Positions 39,962-50,925 are shown, counted from the first letter of the stretch. The stretch: DNA of 64,000 bases from an uncultured Nitrososphaerota archaeon (GCA_963703285.1 OY969807.1:992001-1056000); one strand, 5' to 3'. The notes: generated by a model from the letters alone, not told the origin. Made by a program: numbers and translations.

Positions 39962-40309
39962 CTACACGGAGAACCTTGGGGAGGCTTCCTTGTCGTGCCT
40001 CTTGAGCTCGGCGAGGACGGTTTCCTTGTCCGCGTCCGATGTCACGGGTCTGTACAGGAGCCCCTTGACCTCACCTCTAACCCTGAACGTGTCGATGTAC
40101 CACCCGCATACGAGCCAGTCGTGAGGACTCTTCCTGTTACGAAGAATCGTTATCGCGTCGTGGGGAGTCGGGTGATATACTTGGAGAGGGATGGTATCGT
40201 ACTGGATCTTGACCTCGGTGGAAACAAGCTGGGCTCCGGGCGGAATCGATTCCAGGCCTCCTTTTGCAAAACCCTTCTTCTCGGGACGGACACCATATGC
40301 GCGGCTCAT
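39962..40309 (-). CDS. hypothetical protein
   Basis: Co-oriented ORF filling the gap; globular composition. Confidence 0.6.
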   Translation of the reverse strand: MSRAYGVRPEKKGFAKGGLESIPPGAQLVSTEVKIQYDTIPLQVYHPTPHDAITILRNRKSPHDWLVCGWYIDTFRVRGEVKGLLYRPVTSDADKETVLAELKRHDKEASPRFSV

Positions 40310-40350
40310 TTGCGATTCGCCGCCTCGAAGCCGGAAGATTGTAAACCTTC

Positions 40351-40653
40351 CTAGCCTTTGAAACCGAGCTTCGCGCAGATCTGTTCAAAGATGTCAAAGT
40401 GGGCCTCGAACCACGGGTTGAGCGAATAGACCATCCCGTACCTTTCCCCCGAGGTGACGAGGAGCGAGCTGCTGAGCAGTATCCTGACGTGGTGCTGTAT
40501 CGCCTTGTACTGAAGGCCGAGGTCGCCCGCAAGCTGATTCATGTTGCTCGGCCTCTCGCGGAGCCTGCGGATGATGCGGGCCCGGTTTTCGCCTCCTCGG
40601 CTGCCTCCAAGCAGGAAGAGGAGCAGCCTGCGGAACTCCGGGTCGTCTGACAT
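40351..40653 (-). CDS. ArsR-like winged-helix regulator
   Basis: GSRGGENRARII...NMNQLA..LGLQYKAIQHHV. Confidence 0.85.
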   Translation of the reverse strand: MSDDPEFRRLLLFLLGGSRGGENRARIIRRLRERPSNMNQLAGDLGLQYKAIQHHVRILLSSSLLVTSGERYGMVYSLNPWFEAHFDIFEQICAKLGFKG

Positions 40654-40746
40654 CGACCAGAATTCCACTAGACGGTATTTATCGATTCGGAACCCGAAGA
40701 TTAAGAAAAAGAGTTAAACGAGCCACGGTCGCGGCCGGAAGAAGAC

Positions 40747-41028
40747 ATGGATGTCCTGATCCTCGTTGCGACCTTGTTCTCCACGTTCAACGTCATCCTG
40801 CTCATCGGGCTCATCTACTTGTACGCCAGGATTGTGATGAAGACCCGTGCGGGCTACTCCATCGGGCTACTAATCTTCGCCGTCCTCCTCCTCTTCCACA
40901 ATGTCGTCACCCTCTTCGGCTACGCCGTGATGGGCGGGTTTTACAGCGACCAGTTGTACCCCGTGCTCGTCGCAATAACGGTCTGCGAGTTCGGCGCGCT
41001 CCTCGCACTCCTGAAGGTCACGGTCTAG
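40747..41028 (+). CDS. small three-TM membrane protein
   Basis: Three hydrophobic helices; divergent from the wHTH gene. Confidence 0.7.
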   Translation: MDVLILVATLFSTFNVILLIGLIYLYARIVMKTRAGYSIGLLIFAVLLLFHNVVTLFGYAVMGGFYSDQLYPVLVAITVCEFGALLALLKVTV

Positions 41029-41199
41029 GTTACGCCAGCTCTTCGGCTCACGGCCTCAACGAATTGAACTCTATCCAACTTCCTTGGGAATCACTCTCGG
41101 CCTGCTGCGTCCGGAGTCCCTATCACCGCTTCCCCTTGCTTCAGGTGCCTTATTCGAAGCGACTCCAGAGCGGGGTTTAGATACAAGAGGAGAAGCCCA

Positions 41200-41391
41200 G
41201 TGGGCATGAGGGGCAGGAGAGCGGCCGGATTCGGGCTAATCCTAATCGGGCTGCTAGGAGTCTCATTCTTCAAGGAGGTCATCTCGAGCCTGCTCCTCAC
41301 TGGGATCTGGGTTGGCATGCTGCTGCTCGTGCTGGTCTTCGTAGTGGGAGGATCGATACTTGTGGCGATAAGGGGCGAACCCGAGCACTAG
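41200..41391 (+). CDS. small two-TM membrane protein
   Basis: Two hydrophobic helices. Confidence 0.5.
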   Translation: MGMRGRRAAGFGLILIGLLGVSFFKEVISSLLLTGIWVGMLLLVLVFVVGGSILVAIRGEPEH

Positions 41392-41494
41392 CCCAGGCCT
41401 CTCGCGAGCGCCTCAATCTCGCCGATGGGTTTCCAGAGCAGAGTCAATTCGGGTCGAGGGAGCAGAAAGGTTATTCCGGACCTAGCCCGCTATT

Positions 41495-41869
41495 ATGGTT
41501 GATAACCCGTTGCGCAACGGAGGTTCAAAGAAGAAACCCGCAACCGTGGACGAGTTGCCGGAAGTTGTCGGAAACCCCCGCAGGGAGGCCCTAGAGAAGA
41601 TGCGGGCGATCGTGAAGAGGGCGCTTCCCGGTGTTGTGGAGTCGATTAAGTGGGGTCAGCCGGTCTACGAGTACCGCGGGAGCAACGTAATCTGCTTTAT
41701 GATATACGATGACCATGTGAACTTCGGCCTCTTCATGGGCGCGAAGCTGAAACCAAAGAGACTCGAGGGAACCGGGAAGGGTCTGCGGCACGTCAAGGTG
41801 ACACGACCGGACGACGTGGACGAAAGAGAATTCACTCGGCTAGCAAAGGGAGCGGCGAAGCTCGTCTAG
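41495..41869 (+). CDS. DUF1801 (YdhG-like) protein
   Basis: ESIKWGQPVY...HVNFG...LEGTGKGLRHVK. Confidence 0.85.
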   Translation: MVDNPLRNGGSKKKPATVDELPEVVGNPRREALEKMRAIVKRALPGVVESIKWGQPVYEYRGSNVICFMIYDDHVNFGLFMGAKLKPKRLEGTGKGLRHVKVTRPDDVDEREFTRLAKGAAKLV

Positions 41870-41927
41870 CGGCGGAGGACGGGGCGCCGAAGAATCGTTA
41901 TATCGGCTCGGTCGCCGCGTCAAAACG

Positions 41928-42362
41928 TTGTCACATTCGAAGGGTGCGCGTAGCGGAACCCAGGTCAAGCGTACGATGCTCCGAATCTATCACGCTTTCG
42001 AGAACCTAGACGCCAAGGCTCTGGACGAGAACTTCTCCCACACGGATGACCTACTTGCATTCGGCACGGACTGGGACGAGAAGTTCGAGGGATGGAAGCA
42101 CTACAAGGACGTCCACGCGGTTCAGTTCGCAGCGCTGAAGAGGTTCACGTTTACGAGCAGAGAACTCGAGGCGCACGTCCTCGGAGACGTCGCGTGGGCC
42201 GCTGACCGACCCCGCTGGCAGATAGAGACGAAGGATGGGGTGAAGGTGGAAAGCGAGGTGAGGATCACCGCCGTCCTCCGGTGGAACGAGCGGGCGAAAA
42301 GATGGCTCGTCGTGCAGTGGCACGTCTCCTCTGGTCTCAAGGAAAGACTTCATGAATACTGA
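41928..42362 (+). CDS. NTF2/SnoaL-like protein
   Basis: FGTDWDE, GDVAW, RITAVL...WLVVQWHVS. Confidence 0.8.
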   Translation: MSHSKGARSGTQVKRTMLRIYHAFENLDAKALDENFSHTDDLLAFGTDWDEKFEGWKHYKDVHAVQFAALKRFTFTSRELEAHVLGDVAWAADRPRWQIETKDGVKVESEVRITAVLRWNERAKRWLVVQWHVSSGLKERLHEY

Positions 42363-42386
42363 GTTGGTAAGGGTGAGCGACGAACC

Positions 42387-43256
42387 ATGACGAACTCCGA
42401 CGATCCGGTGAGGAGCGTGAAGGTCGACCACGTCTCGATCGGGTGGTCCGACCTCTCGGCGATACAGAAGGAATTCTCGGCCGTGGGCATGGCGACCGAA
42501 TACGGCGGCCCACACTCGGGCGGACAGACTCACATGTCGCTTCTTGGGTTCAGGGACGGCTCGTACATCGAGCTGATCTCGACCGTGAAGCCCGGTACAG
42601 AGGCGACGATGTGGAAGAAACAGATCGAGGAGGACGGGGGTCCCTGCGCCTGGTGCGCAGGTTCGGATGACATCGCAGCTGATGTTGCCAGAGCGAAGAG
42701 CTTGGGCATCCCCGCAAGCGGACCAGGGAAGTACACCAGGAAGAGGCCTGATGGTGTTCTGGCAAAGTGGGAGCTTGGCTTCCTCGGGGGTGGGGAGGCG
42801 GGGTCTACGCTGCCGTTCATAATCAAGGACGAGACACCGAGGTCGTTCAGGGTAAGGCCGTCAAAGAGCGTCTCCTTGGGCCTATCGCCCTTGGTCGGTA
42901 TCGGCGCCGTCGTCCTGGCGGTCGAAGACCTCGATGCCTCCGCGAGCCTCTTTCGGAAGTACTACTCGTGGCGCGACCCCGCCAGAAGCTCGGACTTCGT
43001 GACCGGGGCTGAGCTGGCTTGGTTCAAGGGGACCCCGGTGGTCCTCGCGGCGCCGAGAGGTGACGGATGGCTGAGCCAAAGACTCTCCAAGTTCGGACCC
43101 TCGCCTGCCGCCTTCCTCATACAGTCCGACAATCTTGAGAGGGCGAACCTCAGACATCCTCTTGGCCCAAAGAGGCCTTGGTTCGACGGCAACGAGGTCG
43201 GCTGGGTCCGGCCCCTCGAGGTCAGGGGAATCATGCTCGGCGTCCTCGGGCGTTAG
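42387..43256 (+). CDS. VOC/glyoxalase-like protein
   Basis: VDHV, GGPHSGGQTH, DGSYIELI, RKRPDG, LPFII. Confidence 0.85.
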   Translation: MTNSDDPVRSVKVDHVSIGWSDLSAIQKEFSAVGMATEYGGPHSGGQTHMSLLGFRDGSYIELISTVKPGTEATMWKKQIEEDGGPCAWCAGSDDIAADVARAKSLGIPASGPGKYTRKRPDGVLAKWELGFLGGGEAGSTLPFIIKDETPRSFRVRPSKSVSLGLSPLVGIGAVVLAVEDLDASASLFRKYYSWRDPARSSDFVTGAELAWFKGTPVVLAAPRGDGWLSQRLSKFGPSPAAFLIQSDNLERANLRHPLGPKRPWFDGNEVGWVRPLEVRGIMLGVLGR

Positions 43257-43306
43257 AACGGTTGGCCTCTGTTTTCGACTATCACGCCTGGAGGTCCGTG
43301 GAAACC

Positions 43307-44269
43307 ATGGGTCGCGTCAGAATAGGGGTCCTCGTCCCGACCCGCGGGGAGCTGATACGGTCCCCCGAGCATCCGGACTTCGGAAACATACTGCGGATGG
43401 CAGAGAGAATCGAGCAAGACGGGTACGATTCTGTCTGGGTCGGCGACAGCGTAACCGCGAAGCCGCGATTCGAGGCGCTTACGTCCCTCGGGGCCATAGC
43501 TGCGAGGACCAAGAGGGCGAGGCTCGGGACGGCGGTGCTCCTCTCGGGTTTGAGGAACCCGGTCGTTCTCGGGCACCAGGTGGCTACCCTAGACGTGATC
43601 TCAAGGGGCAGGATCGTGCTTGGTGTGGGCGTCGGAGGGAGCGAATCCAAGAATCTCATTACCGAGTTCCCGGCTTCGGGCGTCGAGTACAGCAGGAGGG
43701 TAGACGCGTTCGAGGTTGGCCTTCAGACGATGAAGAGGACCTGGTCAGAGGACAGGGTCACGATGAAGACGCCTTTCTTCGAGCTGGACGAGATATCGGT
43801 GGAGCCGAAGCCTGTGCAGAAGCCGCATCCTCCGGTCTGGATAGCCGGGGCACACTTCGGCCAGGCAGGAGAGAGACAGCTGTCCAGAATCGCGCGGTTT
43901 GGCGATGGCTTCATCTCGACGCTGATAAAACCCGAGGAGTACGCTGACACATTCAACCGAATCAAGGACATGGCGAGGGCTATGGGAAGGAGGCCCTCGG
44001 AACTGAGCACCTGTCTCTACATGTCGGTGAATCTGAACCGGAACAGAAGGGTCGCGACGAGGGAAGGAAACAGATTCCTCGCGGCCTACTATGGATACGA
44101 GTTCTGGGGCGACAGGTGGGGGCCGTTCGGCCCGGCGCAGGAGGTGATCGACAGCATCCAGAGCTTCGCCGACGCGGGTGTCGAGACATTCGTGGTGAGG
44201 TTTGCCGCGACCGACCAGGACGGACAGCTCGAGTCGTTCACACGAACCGTGCTTCCGAGCTTCAGGTGA
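43307..44269 (+). CDS. LLM-class (luciferase-like, possibly F420-dependent) oxidoreductase
   Basis: GYDSVWVGDS, ATLDVISRGR, PKPVQKPHPPVWIAG. Confidence 0.9.
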   Translation: MGRVRIGVLVPTRGELIRSPEHPDFGNILRMAERIEQDGYDSVWVGDSVTAKPRFEALTSLGAIAARTKRARLGTAVLLSGLRNPVVLGHQVATLDVISRGRIVLGVGVGGSESKNLITEFPASGVEYSRRVDAFEVGLQTMKRTWSEDRVTMKTPFFELDEISVEPKPVQKPHPPVWIAGAHFGQAGERQLSRIARFGDGFISTLIKPEEYADTFNRIKDMARAMGRRPSELSTCLYMSVNLNRNRRVATREGNRFLAAYYGYEFWGDRWGPFGPAQEVIDSIQSFADAGVETFVVRFAATDQDGQLESFTRTVLPSFR

Positions 44270-44315
44270 CGGACGACGGGAACCGATTTATAACCGAGGA
44301 GGCACATTTCCGTTC

Positions 44316-45056
44316 ATGACGGTCCAGAGCAAGCGAAAGCCCGGGGACTTCACGCGCGACTACCAGCTCGAGAAGGCGCGCAGAGACTATGCTACCGGTC
44401 TGGCGAGCATCCGGATAGACCCGAGGAAGTCGGCGCTCGTGGTCGTCGACATGATAGACGAGTTCACAAAACCCGGCGAAGCTCCGTTCTGGGTGCCAGA
44501 CGCAACGAGGATCCTGCCGCTCGTCAGGGACCTCATAGACGCGTCGAGAAGGGCCGGAACGCCCGTAATCTACACCTACTACACCTTCAATCAGACGAAC
44601 ACCGACATGAACCCCTGGTTCAGGGAGGGTTGGGCGCCCATCGACAAGGTAGACGACTACGACGGGCCTCCCCTCTTCACGCGGGAGACGGTGGACGCGG
44701 CGATAAAGCCGGACTACGGCAAGGACATCCTGATAGCAAAGCCGAGCTACGGGGCCTTCACGAACACGCCCCTCGACTACATCCTCAGGAACCTCGGTGT
44801 CGACACGGTAATCGTCTGCGGGACGATGACCAACTACTGCTGCGGGACGACCGCCCGTGAGGCCCACGCTAGGGGGTACAAGGTGGTCTTCGGCTCCGAT
44901 TGCAACGCCACCGACGACCCTTCCATCCAAGAGGCCGAGCTCAAGACACTGAGGCGGGGATTCGCCTTGGTCATCTCCGCCAAGGAGATAATCGACGCTC
45001 TCAGCGGGACTGGACAGTTCTCGGCTGCGAGAACCGCGGAAGCCCGGGTCAGATAG
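44316..45056 (+). CDS. isochorismatase-family cysteine hydrolase
   Basis: ALVVVDM, KPSYGAF, GTMTNYCC. Confidence 0.9.
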   Translation: MTVQSKRKPGDFTRDYQLEKARRDYATGLASIRIDPRKSALVVVDMIDEFTKPGEAPFWVPDATRILPLVRDLIDASRRAGTPVIYTYYTFNQTNTDMNPWFREGWAPIDKVDDYDGPPLFTRETVDAAIKPDYGKDILIAKPSYGAFTNTPLDYILRNLGVDTVIVCGTMTNYCCGTTAREAHARGYKVVFGSDCNATDDPSIQEAELKTLRRGFALVISAKEIIDALSGTGQFSAARTAEARVR

Positions 45057-45195
45057 TTCAGGGACCATACGGCCTGTGGGGATGGCAGGACACCGATGGG
45101 TGCCCTGACCGGTCCGAACCGCGCGGGCGGGCCACTCCTCACGCTTCAGCTCATCTTTGAGAAACGATATATCAGTCAAGTATGAGGCGGGGCAG

Positions 45196-46182
45196 ATGCG
45201 AAAGACCACCTTCGGAATCGTCCTTCCGACTAGGGGCGTCCTGTTCTCTGGCGCCGACCCTAGGAAAGACGTTATCGAACTCAGCAAGCTCACCGAGGAG
45301 TACGGATACGACGGCGTGTGGGCCGGCGACAGCATACTGGCGAAGCCCCGACTGGACTCCATCGCGGTCCTCTCGGCTGTCGCGGGGGCGACCGAGAAGG
45401 TGAAGCTCGGGACTTCCTGCTTCGCTAGCTTCCCCATCAGGCACCCGATACTCATGGCCTACCAGTGGGCCACGCTGGATCAGCTCTCTGGAGGGAGGAC
45501 GATACTGGTGGTCTGCCAGGGAACGCCGACCACCCACGGGAAGATATACAGGAACGAGTACGACGCCTTCGGAATCCCGCCGTCCGAGAAGGTCGAGAGA
45601 TCGAACGAGGGCATTGAAATCCTGAGGAAGCTGTGGAAGGGTGACAACGTCTCCTACGACGGGAAAATCTACAAGTTCAAGGACGTGACGATGCTCCCCA
45701 AGCCCGCCCAGAAGGACTGCCCCATCTGGATAGCGTCCAACCCCAGGTCGACGGGGGAGCTCGAGGGCGCGCCAGGGAACATAGAGGGGAACTTCGAGAG
45801 GGTAGGAAAGTACGCGGACGGGTGGATGACCACGATGGTGACGCCGAAGGAGTACGACGAGGACCTGACCAAGGTCCTCAGCTACGCCAAGAAGTATGGC
45901 AAGAGCAAATCGAAGTTCAAGGCGTCGCTGTATTACAATGTGAACATGGGCGAGAAGGAGAAGGCTGGAGCGGAAGCGGTCGACTTCCTGACCAAGTACT
46001 ACAGAGAGGACGCATCTCACGTGCTAGACAAGTGGGTCGCGTTCGGGAACAGGGCCGACGTCATGAAGAAGCTCGAGGCCTTCGTGGACGCGGGGGTCGG
46101 AGACTTCAACATCAGGTTCGTGGCCTGGGACCAGATAAAGCAGCTCAAGAGGTTCAGCAAGGAGATCCTTCCCTCCTTCTAG
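45196..46182 (+). CDS. LLM-class oxidoreductase
   Basis: GYDGVWAGDS, ATLDQLSGGR, PKPAQ...PIWIA. Confidence 0.9.
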   Translation: MRKTTFGIVLPTRGVLFSGADPRKDVIELSKLTEEYGYDGVWAGDSILAKPRLDSIAVLSAVAGATEKVKLGTSCFASFPIRHPILMAYQWATLDQLSGGRTILVVCQGTPTTHGKIYRNEYDAFGIPPSEKVERSNEGIEILRKLWKGDNVSYDGKIYKFKDVTMLPKPAQKDCPIWIASNPRSTGELEGAPGNIEGNFERVGKYADGWMTTMVTPKEYDEDLTKVLSYAKKYGKSKSKFKASLYYNVNMGEKEKAGAEAVDFLTKYYREDASHVLDKWVAFGNRADVMKKLEAFVDAGVGDFNIRFVAWDQIKQLKRFSKEILPSF

Positions 46183-46186
46183 CGGG

Positions 46187-47435
46187 CTACCAGTGTACCT
46201 TCTCGAGGGCCGTGAGGGACTCGACCCCGTCGGAGGTGACGACGAGGCAGTCCTCGATGACCGCCGTACCGAAGTCGAGTATGTGCGCCATGGGCTCGAA
46301 GGCAAACGACATGTTCCTCCGGAGCCTGGTGTCGGGTTGCCCCATCGACGGTATCTCGAAGAAGGAGGTCGCTATCGCATGGTGGACCATCAGACCGAGG
46401 TAGATCCTGCCCGCGGTACCGCTCCCTCAGGCCCGAGGCGCGGGCGAGCTCCTCGGACCTCTTTAGCAGCTTTGAGACTCGGACGCCGGGCCGCATCATC
46501 CCGGTAAGAGTCTCGTAGGCGTTCTCGATGACGTCAAGGACCCGCCGCTGCTCTCGGTTCGCCCCTCCTATCACCACGGTCCGCGACATGTCGCTCTGGT
46601 ACCCGTACTTGACGGCGCCCATGTCGAGGTAGACCATGTCCCCCTTCTCCATCCTCCTCGGGGTCGGGTAGCTGTGCTTGATCCCCGACCTCGGACCCGA
46701 GTTGGCTATCGAGAAGCCGGAGTGCGCACCCTCCTTCGTCATGGTGTAGTTCGCGACGGCGGCGACCTCGCTCTCGGACCTACCGGGCGAGATGGCCTCT
46801 ATGGAGGCCTCCATCGCCCGCGCGGTGATCGAGCCCACATCCCGAAGCATCCCCACCTCCCTCTGGCTCCTTATGCTCTTGACGAGGGTGTATTCGGGCG
46901 AGAAGTCCACCCAGGCCACCTTCGCGCTGGAAGAGAGGGACACCCATATCGGCATCGGGAGGTTCTCCCCTCCGACGAGCCCCACCGTCCTAGCTCCGGC
47001 CCTGGCGAGGGACTCGGCAATCACCCGGGCGAACTCGCGGGGGTCGTGCCTTACCGGCCGGTAGTCCTCGATCCACGTCATCCACGCGTAGGAGTTGATT
47101 GGCTCACCGTGTAGCACCGCGTCGGTGACGATCTCAGGCGCCCCGTCCATCGGGAGGATCAGGGCCGCCCTTCCGAATGGGATGTAGTTCGAGAGGTAGA
47201 CCAGGTCCCCGGGGTCGCCCTGATCACCGAAGACCAGGAGGGCATCAACCGCTCTCTTCCCCATCGAGCTCCTGACCCTCCGAATCCTTTCTTCGTACTC
47301 GCTGACTGGGAACGGGAGGTCGAGGTACCTCTTCCTGGTCTGCCAGTCGTACGGGACCTGGGACGGGTACCCTGAGCTTGGAGGCGGAGAGCGAGCTCCC
47401 CCTGCCAACGTCCGCCTCCACGCGTGCGGGACCAA
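46187..47435 (-). CDS. M24-family peptidase/amidohydrolase, frameshifted at ~46417
   Basis: Creatinase-like N-domain and YLDMG...SDMSRT, then HH...FEP...IED in the shifted frame. Start uncertain. Confidence 0.8.
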
Positions 47436-47442
47436 CCGGCCA

Positions 47443-49116
47443 CTAGCCCCCGCGCGGGACGACCGGGAGCGTGAGGCACGAAGGGTGCCGGGCGTCGTGG
47501 AAGACCTTCTGCTCCGCGACCGCGAGCTCCGAGTCCTGGCCGAACGCGTTGCCCGTGTTCGGGTTCCTGTCGTACTTGGGGAACGAGCTGCTCGAGACGT
47601 GGAGCCTGATGCGGTGGTCCCTCAGGAAGACGTTGCTCGTCACCCAGAGGTCTATCGAGAACTCGTAGACTTCGCCGGGCTTGAGCAGTGCCGGCCTGTC
47701 GAGCTTCCTCCTGTAGCGGCCCCGGACTATCCCCTCCGTCAGGTGCATTGAGTAACCGTTCGGATGGACGTCGACGAGCTGCGCCCAGAAATCCGTGTCC
47801 CTGGCCGACGTTGACGCGAAGAGGGTGACGGCGACGGGACCGGTGACCTCGAGGTCCCGCGCGAGGGGCGGGGTGGAGTACACGAGGACATCGTCCCTCC
47901 TCTCGATGGGCCTCTGGTCGAAGGGCCCCTCGGCGCCCCCATCGTCGATGTTCGGGACGGGGTTGGCTGGGTCGTAGGAGAAGGTGTCAGGCGGCGAGCG
48001 CGATGAAGGTGCCCTCCTCTCTAGGATGCCGTTGCCGAGCGAGGTGTTGGCGCCGCCGCGGCTGCGGAGGTAATAGCGGGTGGGGGTCATCCCACCGGGG
48101 GGCCACTCCCGCCTCGTCACCCAGGCGTTCCGGCCCATTGCGAATGTCTCTACAGGAGGTCCCCTCTCGACCCCGTTCCTGACGCCCTTGAGCCAGCGGT
48201 CGAACCACCTGAGCTTCGCACCCAGGAGGTCCACCAGCGCCGTCTCGCCGAAGTCGACCTCGCCGAGGGCCCGCGAGACGTTGACGTGGTGCTGCCACGG
48301 GCCGATTATCAGCCTCTGGTTCCTCCGAACCCTGGCCGGCCTGGACGAGGTCATCCCGACGAAGTTCTTGTGGGTCCCCACTATGTCGTCATCGTACCAC
48401 CCTGAGATGTGCAGCACCGGGACGCCGACGCGCCTCAACTTGTCCTCGTAGAACGCCTTGGTCCAGTAATCATCGGCGGATGGGTGCTCGACCCACTCCT
48501 TCCAGATTCGGGACCTCCTCCCGAACCCCTCATCCATCGTCGCGAGGGGCAGGTGGGAGAGCAATCTCCGGTCGTAGAGCGACATGACGGTGTTCCTCTT
48601 GCCCTCGATCAGGGCCATCCACTCGGCCATCCAGAGCACCAGTGCCCCGTTCTGGTAAGGGACGTTGAGGACCGGGTCGGGGAGCGAGACGGTGCAGACC
48701 ATCGCCCTCAGGCCGGGGGGCCTTAGGACGGCCGCGGTCCACTGGTTCCACGCCGCGTAGGAGGCTCCTATGGTGCCGAGCGATCCGTTCGACCACTTCT
48801 GCTTGGCGCACCATGCCAGCGTGTCGAACCCGTCGCGCCCGTCGTCGTCCTGGAACGGCCTGAATGTTCCCTCCGAGTCGTTCTTCCCCCGGCAGTCCTG
48901 TATCACGTATGCGTACCCGTGCTTGGCGAAGAAGAGAGCCTCAGCGTTCTGGGAGGCTTGGTAGCCCTCCACCGTGCGGTACGGGGTCCGGGTGAGTATC
49001 ACCGGGAAGCGCCCTTGGACGTCTGGCCTGAAGACGTCGGAGGAGAGACGCGTCCCGTCCCTCATCCTCTGCTGAACGCCAAGCTCCAGCTTGACTTGAT
49101 GGTCAGCGCCGGACAT
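47443..49116 (-). CDS. CocE/NonD family serine hydrolase
   Basis: MRDGTRL, RTPY, QDCRG, GASY, GWYD, GPWQH. Confidence 0.92.
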   Translation of the reverse strand: MSGADHQVKLELGVQQRMRDGTRLSSDVFRPDVQGRFPVILTRTPYRTVEGYQASQNAEALFFAKHGYAYVIQDCRGKNDSEGTFRPFQDDDGRDGFDTLAWCAKQKWSNGSLGTIGASYAAWNQWTAAVLRPPGLRAMVCTVSLPDPVLNVPYQNGALVLWMAEWMALIEGKRNTVMSLYDRRLLSHLPLATMDEGFGRRSRIWKEWVEHPSADDYWTKAFYEDKLRRVGVPVLHISGWYDDDIVGTHKNFVGMTSSRPARVRRNQRLIIGPWQHHVNVSRALGEVDFGETALVDLLGAKLRWFDRWLKGVRNGVERGPPVETFAMGRNAWVTRREWPPGGMTPTRYYLRSRGGANTSLGNGILERRAPSSRSPPDTFSYDPANPVPNIDDGGAEGPFDQRPIERRDDVLVYSTPPLARDLEVTGPVAVTLFASTSARDTDFWAQLVDVHPNGYSMHLTEGIVRGRYRRKLDRPALLKPGEVYEFSIDLWVTSNVFLRDHRIRLHVSSSSFPKYDRNPNTGNAFGQDSELAVAEQKVFHDARHPSCLTLPVVPRGG

Positions 49117-49136
49117 TGGGTGTCAGCCCGACCCTA

Positions 49137-50783
49137 TCACTCTGGCGGGATCTCTTTCGCTATGAGGCCGAGGTTCACGCCCTGCTGGCGCCTGGCGAGC
49201 CAGGCGACGATGTAGATCACAGCGCCGAGGACGAAGGTCGGGATGATGCCCTCCTCGAGTATGCTTCCGAACGTCGGTCCTCCGATGGCGGGCGCGAGCA
49301 GCGCGTAGACCACGTAGATAGAAATCACCAGGGAGAGGGCGCCGAGTATGGTTATGAACGGCAAACCTCCGTACTTCTTCTTGGCCGTCTCGTCAGACGC
49401 CGACGCAAAGAGGTCCTTCCTCCGGTACGGGTAGACTATCGCGGCTATCGCCACGAAGATGAAGCAGATGAAAGTGCCCGCGGTCGAGTACGAGAAGAGG
49501 ACGCTCAGGTAGCTCGTCTTGAAGATGGAGATGTAGAGGTAGATGAGCGAGCCAATGATCATCAGGATCACGGCGTTCAATGGCGTCTTGGTCCTCTCGT
49601 TGACGTTGGAGAAGACGTTCGGCAGGACGCGGTCGAAGGACCACGCGAAGATGTTCCTGCTGAGGACGAAGAGCTCCGAGACGAACATGGCGATGATGGT
49701 GCCTGCGAACGCCAGGTTGAAGAGCACAACAAGGAAGGTGTTGTGGGTCCAGAACATCGAGAGGCCCGAGGAGAGCGGGATCGTGATGTACGGGTTCGCT
49801 CCACCTGTATACCAGAGCGAAGCTATCGCGTTCACGAAGGCTGGGCCCTCGTTGTAGTATGCAGCGGCGAATATGATGGTCACGACGATCATGAAGATGA
49901 TGCTTCCGCCGACCTGGGCTAGGATCTGGCTTCTCCTGTTCTGCTTGACCTCACCCGCGAAGTAGGCGGGGTAGTAGAAGCCCAGGTAACCGAGGAGGCC
50001 GAGCGCGCCGGCGGCCAGCGTGGTCGAAGTGAAGACGGGCGGGATGCCCGGGTAGGAGGGAAGCAGGGCGTTCGACTCCCCTGCGTTTATCACAGCCTGG
50101 TAGGCCGAGGTGCCGTTCACGGAGGGATACAACGAGTTGAAGTTGGAGATGAACGTCGACTTGCCCGCGGAGAGGACCGTCACGATGAATATGACTCCGA
50201 TTATCACTGCCAGTATTGTCCAGTACTTCACGACAGCCCCCGAGAGCCTCGTGCTCCCCACGACGATGGCGCCCGTGACCAAGACCGAGATCGCGGCGAT
50301 CCAGAAGGTGGGGCCGGGCTGCTGCAGCGTGCTCGCGAGGCTGGTGTACGAGGCGTTGTTCGTCAGAATTCCGAGGTCGTAAAACATCGGGGAGAACGAC
50401 CACTGGGATATCCATGGGCTGACCGAGCCGATGGTTGCGAGCGCCAGGAGGGTGAGCGAGAAGTTGATCACGAAACCGGTCCCCGAGTTGATGACCCTGC
50501 TCGTCCAGACGTAGTCGCCGCCCGTCCTAGGCATCGCGATTGAGAAGAGCGCGTACATCCCGGCGACCGGAAGGATGAGGAGAAGACCGATCAAGGGGCC
50601 GACGATCGGATTCGCGTCGGGGTAGAATGCAGGCGTGAAGACTGTCGCATTGAAGACGTAGAGCAGCCCCATTCCGGAGAGCGCCATGCCGAGAGCCTCG
50701 AACCCGGAAATCTGTTTTGTCAGTCCTGTCGCTTCCCTCACGAACGACACAGGCGACTTAGCCAACGGGAAGAGGCCCCTCAT
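49137..50783 (-). CDS. APC-family amino acid permease
   Basis: FVREATGL, MPRTGGDYVW, FAWSFDRVLP, KTPLNA; about 12 TM. Confidence 0.9.
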   Translation of the reverse strand: MRGLFPLAKSPVSFVREATGLTKQISGFEALGMALSGMGLLYVFNATVFTPAFYPDANPIVGPLIGLLLILPVAGMYALFSIAMPRTGGDYVWTSRVINSGTGFVINFSLTLLALATIGSVSPWISQWSFSPMFYDLGILTNNASYTSLASTLQQPGPTFWIAAISVLVTGAIVVGSTRLSGAVVKYWTILAVIIGVIFIVTVLSAGKSTFISNFNSLYPSVNGTSAYQAVINAGESNALLPSYPGIPPVFTSTTLAAGALGLLGYLGFYYPAYFAGEVKQNRRSQILAQVGGSIIFMIVVTIIFAAAYYNEGPAFVNAIASLWYTGGANPYITIPLSSGLSMFWTHNTFLVVLFNLAFAGTIIAMFVSELFVLSRNIFAWSFDRVLPNVFSNVNERTKTPLNAVILMIIGSLIYLYISIFKTSYLSVLFSYSTAGTFICFIFVAIAAIVYPYRRKDLFASASDETAKKKYGGLPFITILGALSLVISIYVVYALLAPAIGGPTFGSILEEGIIPTFVLGAVIYIVAWLARRQQGVNLGLIAKEIPPE

Positions 50784-50925
50784 CGTGATATTTTAATTGT
50801 GCGAATATGACGACATCCTTGGAATTTTAGTACAGGAGCGGTCCCACCGCCTGCAGGGCCTGGGAGATTAGGGACTAGCATAAGGCTATCACAGAGATAA
50901 ATAGCGATTTGACGCGAAATCGTCC

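Noticed and set aside
44262-45455. Long antisense and alternate-frame ORFs (e.g. 44262-45455, 1294-2148, 19376-20227, 30179-31105)
   Set aside because: They overlap well-supported genes, are Arg/Pro/Gly-rich and have no motifs; expected shadow ORFs in GC-rich DNA.
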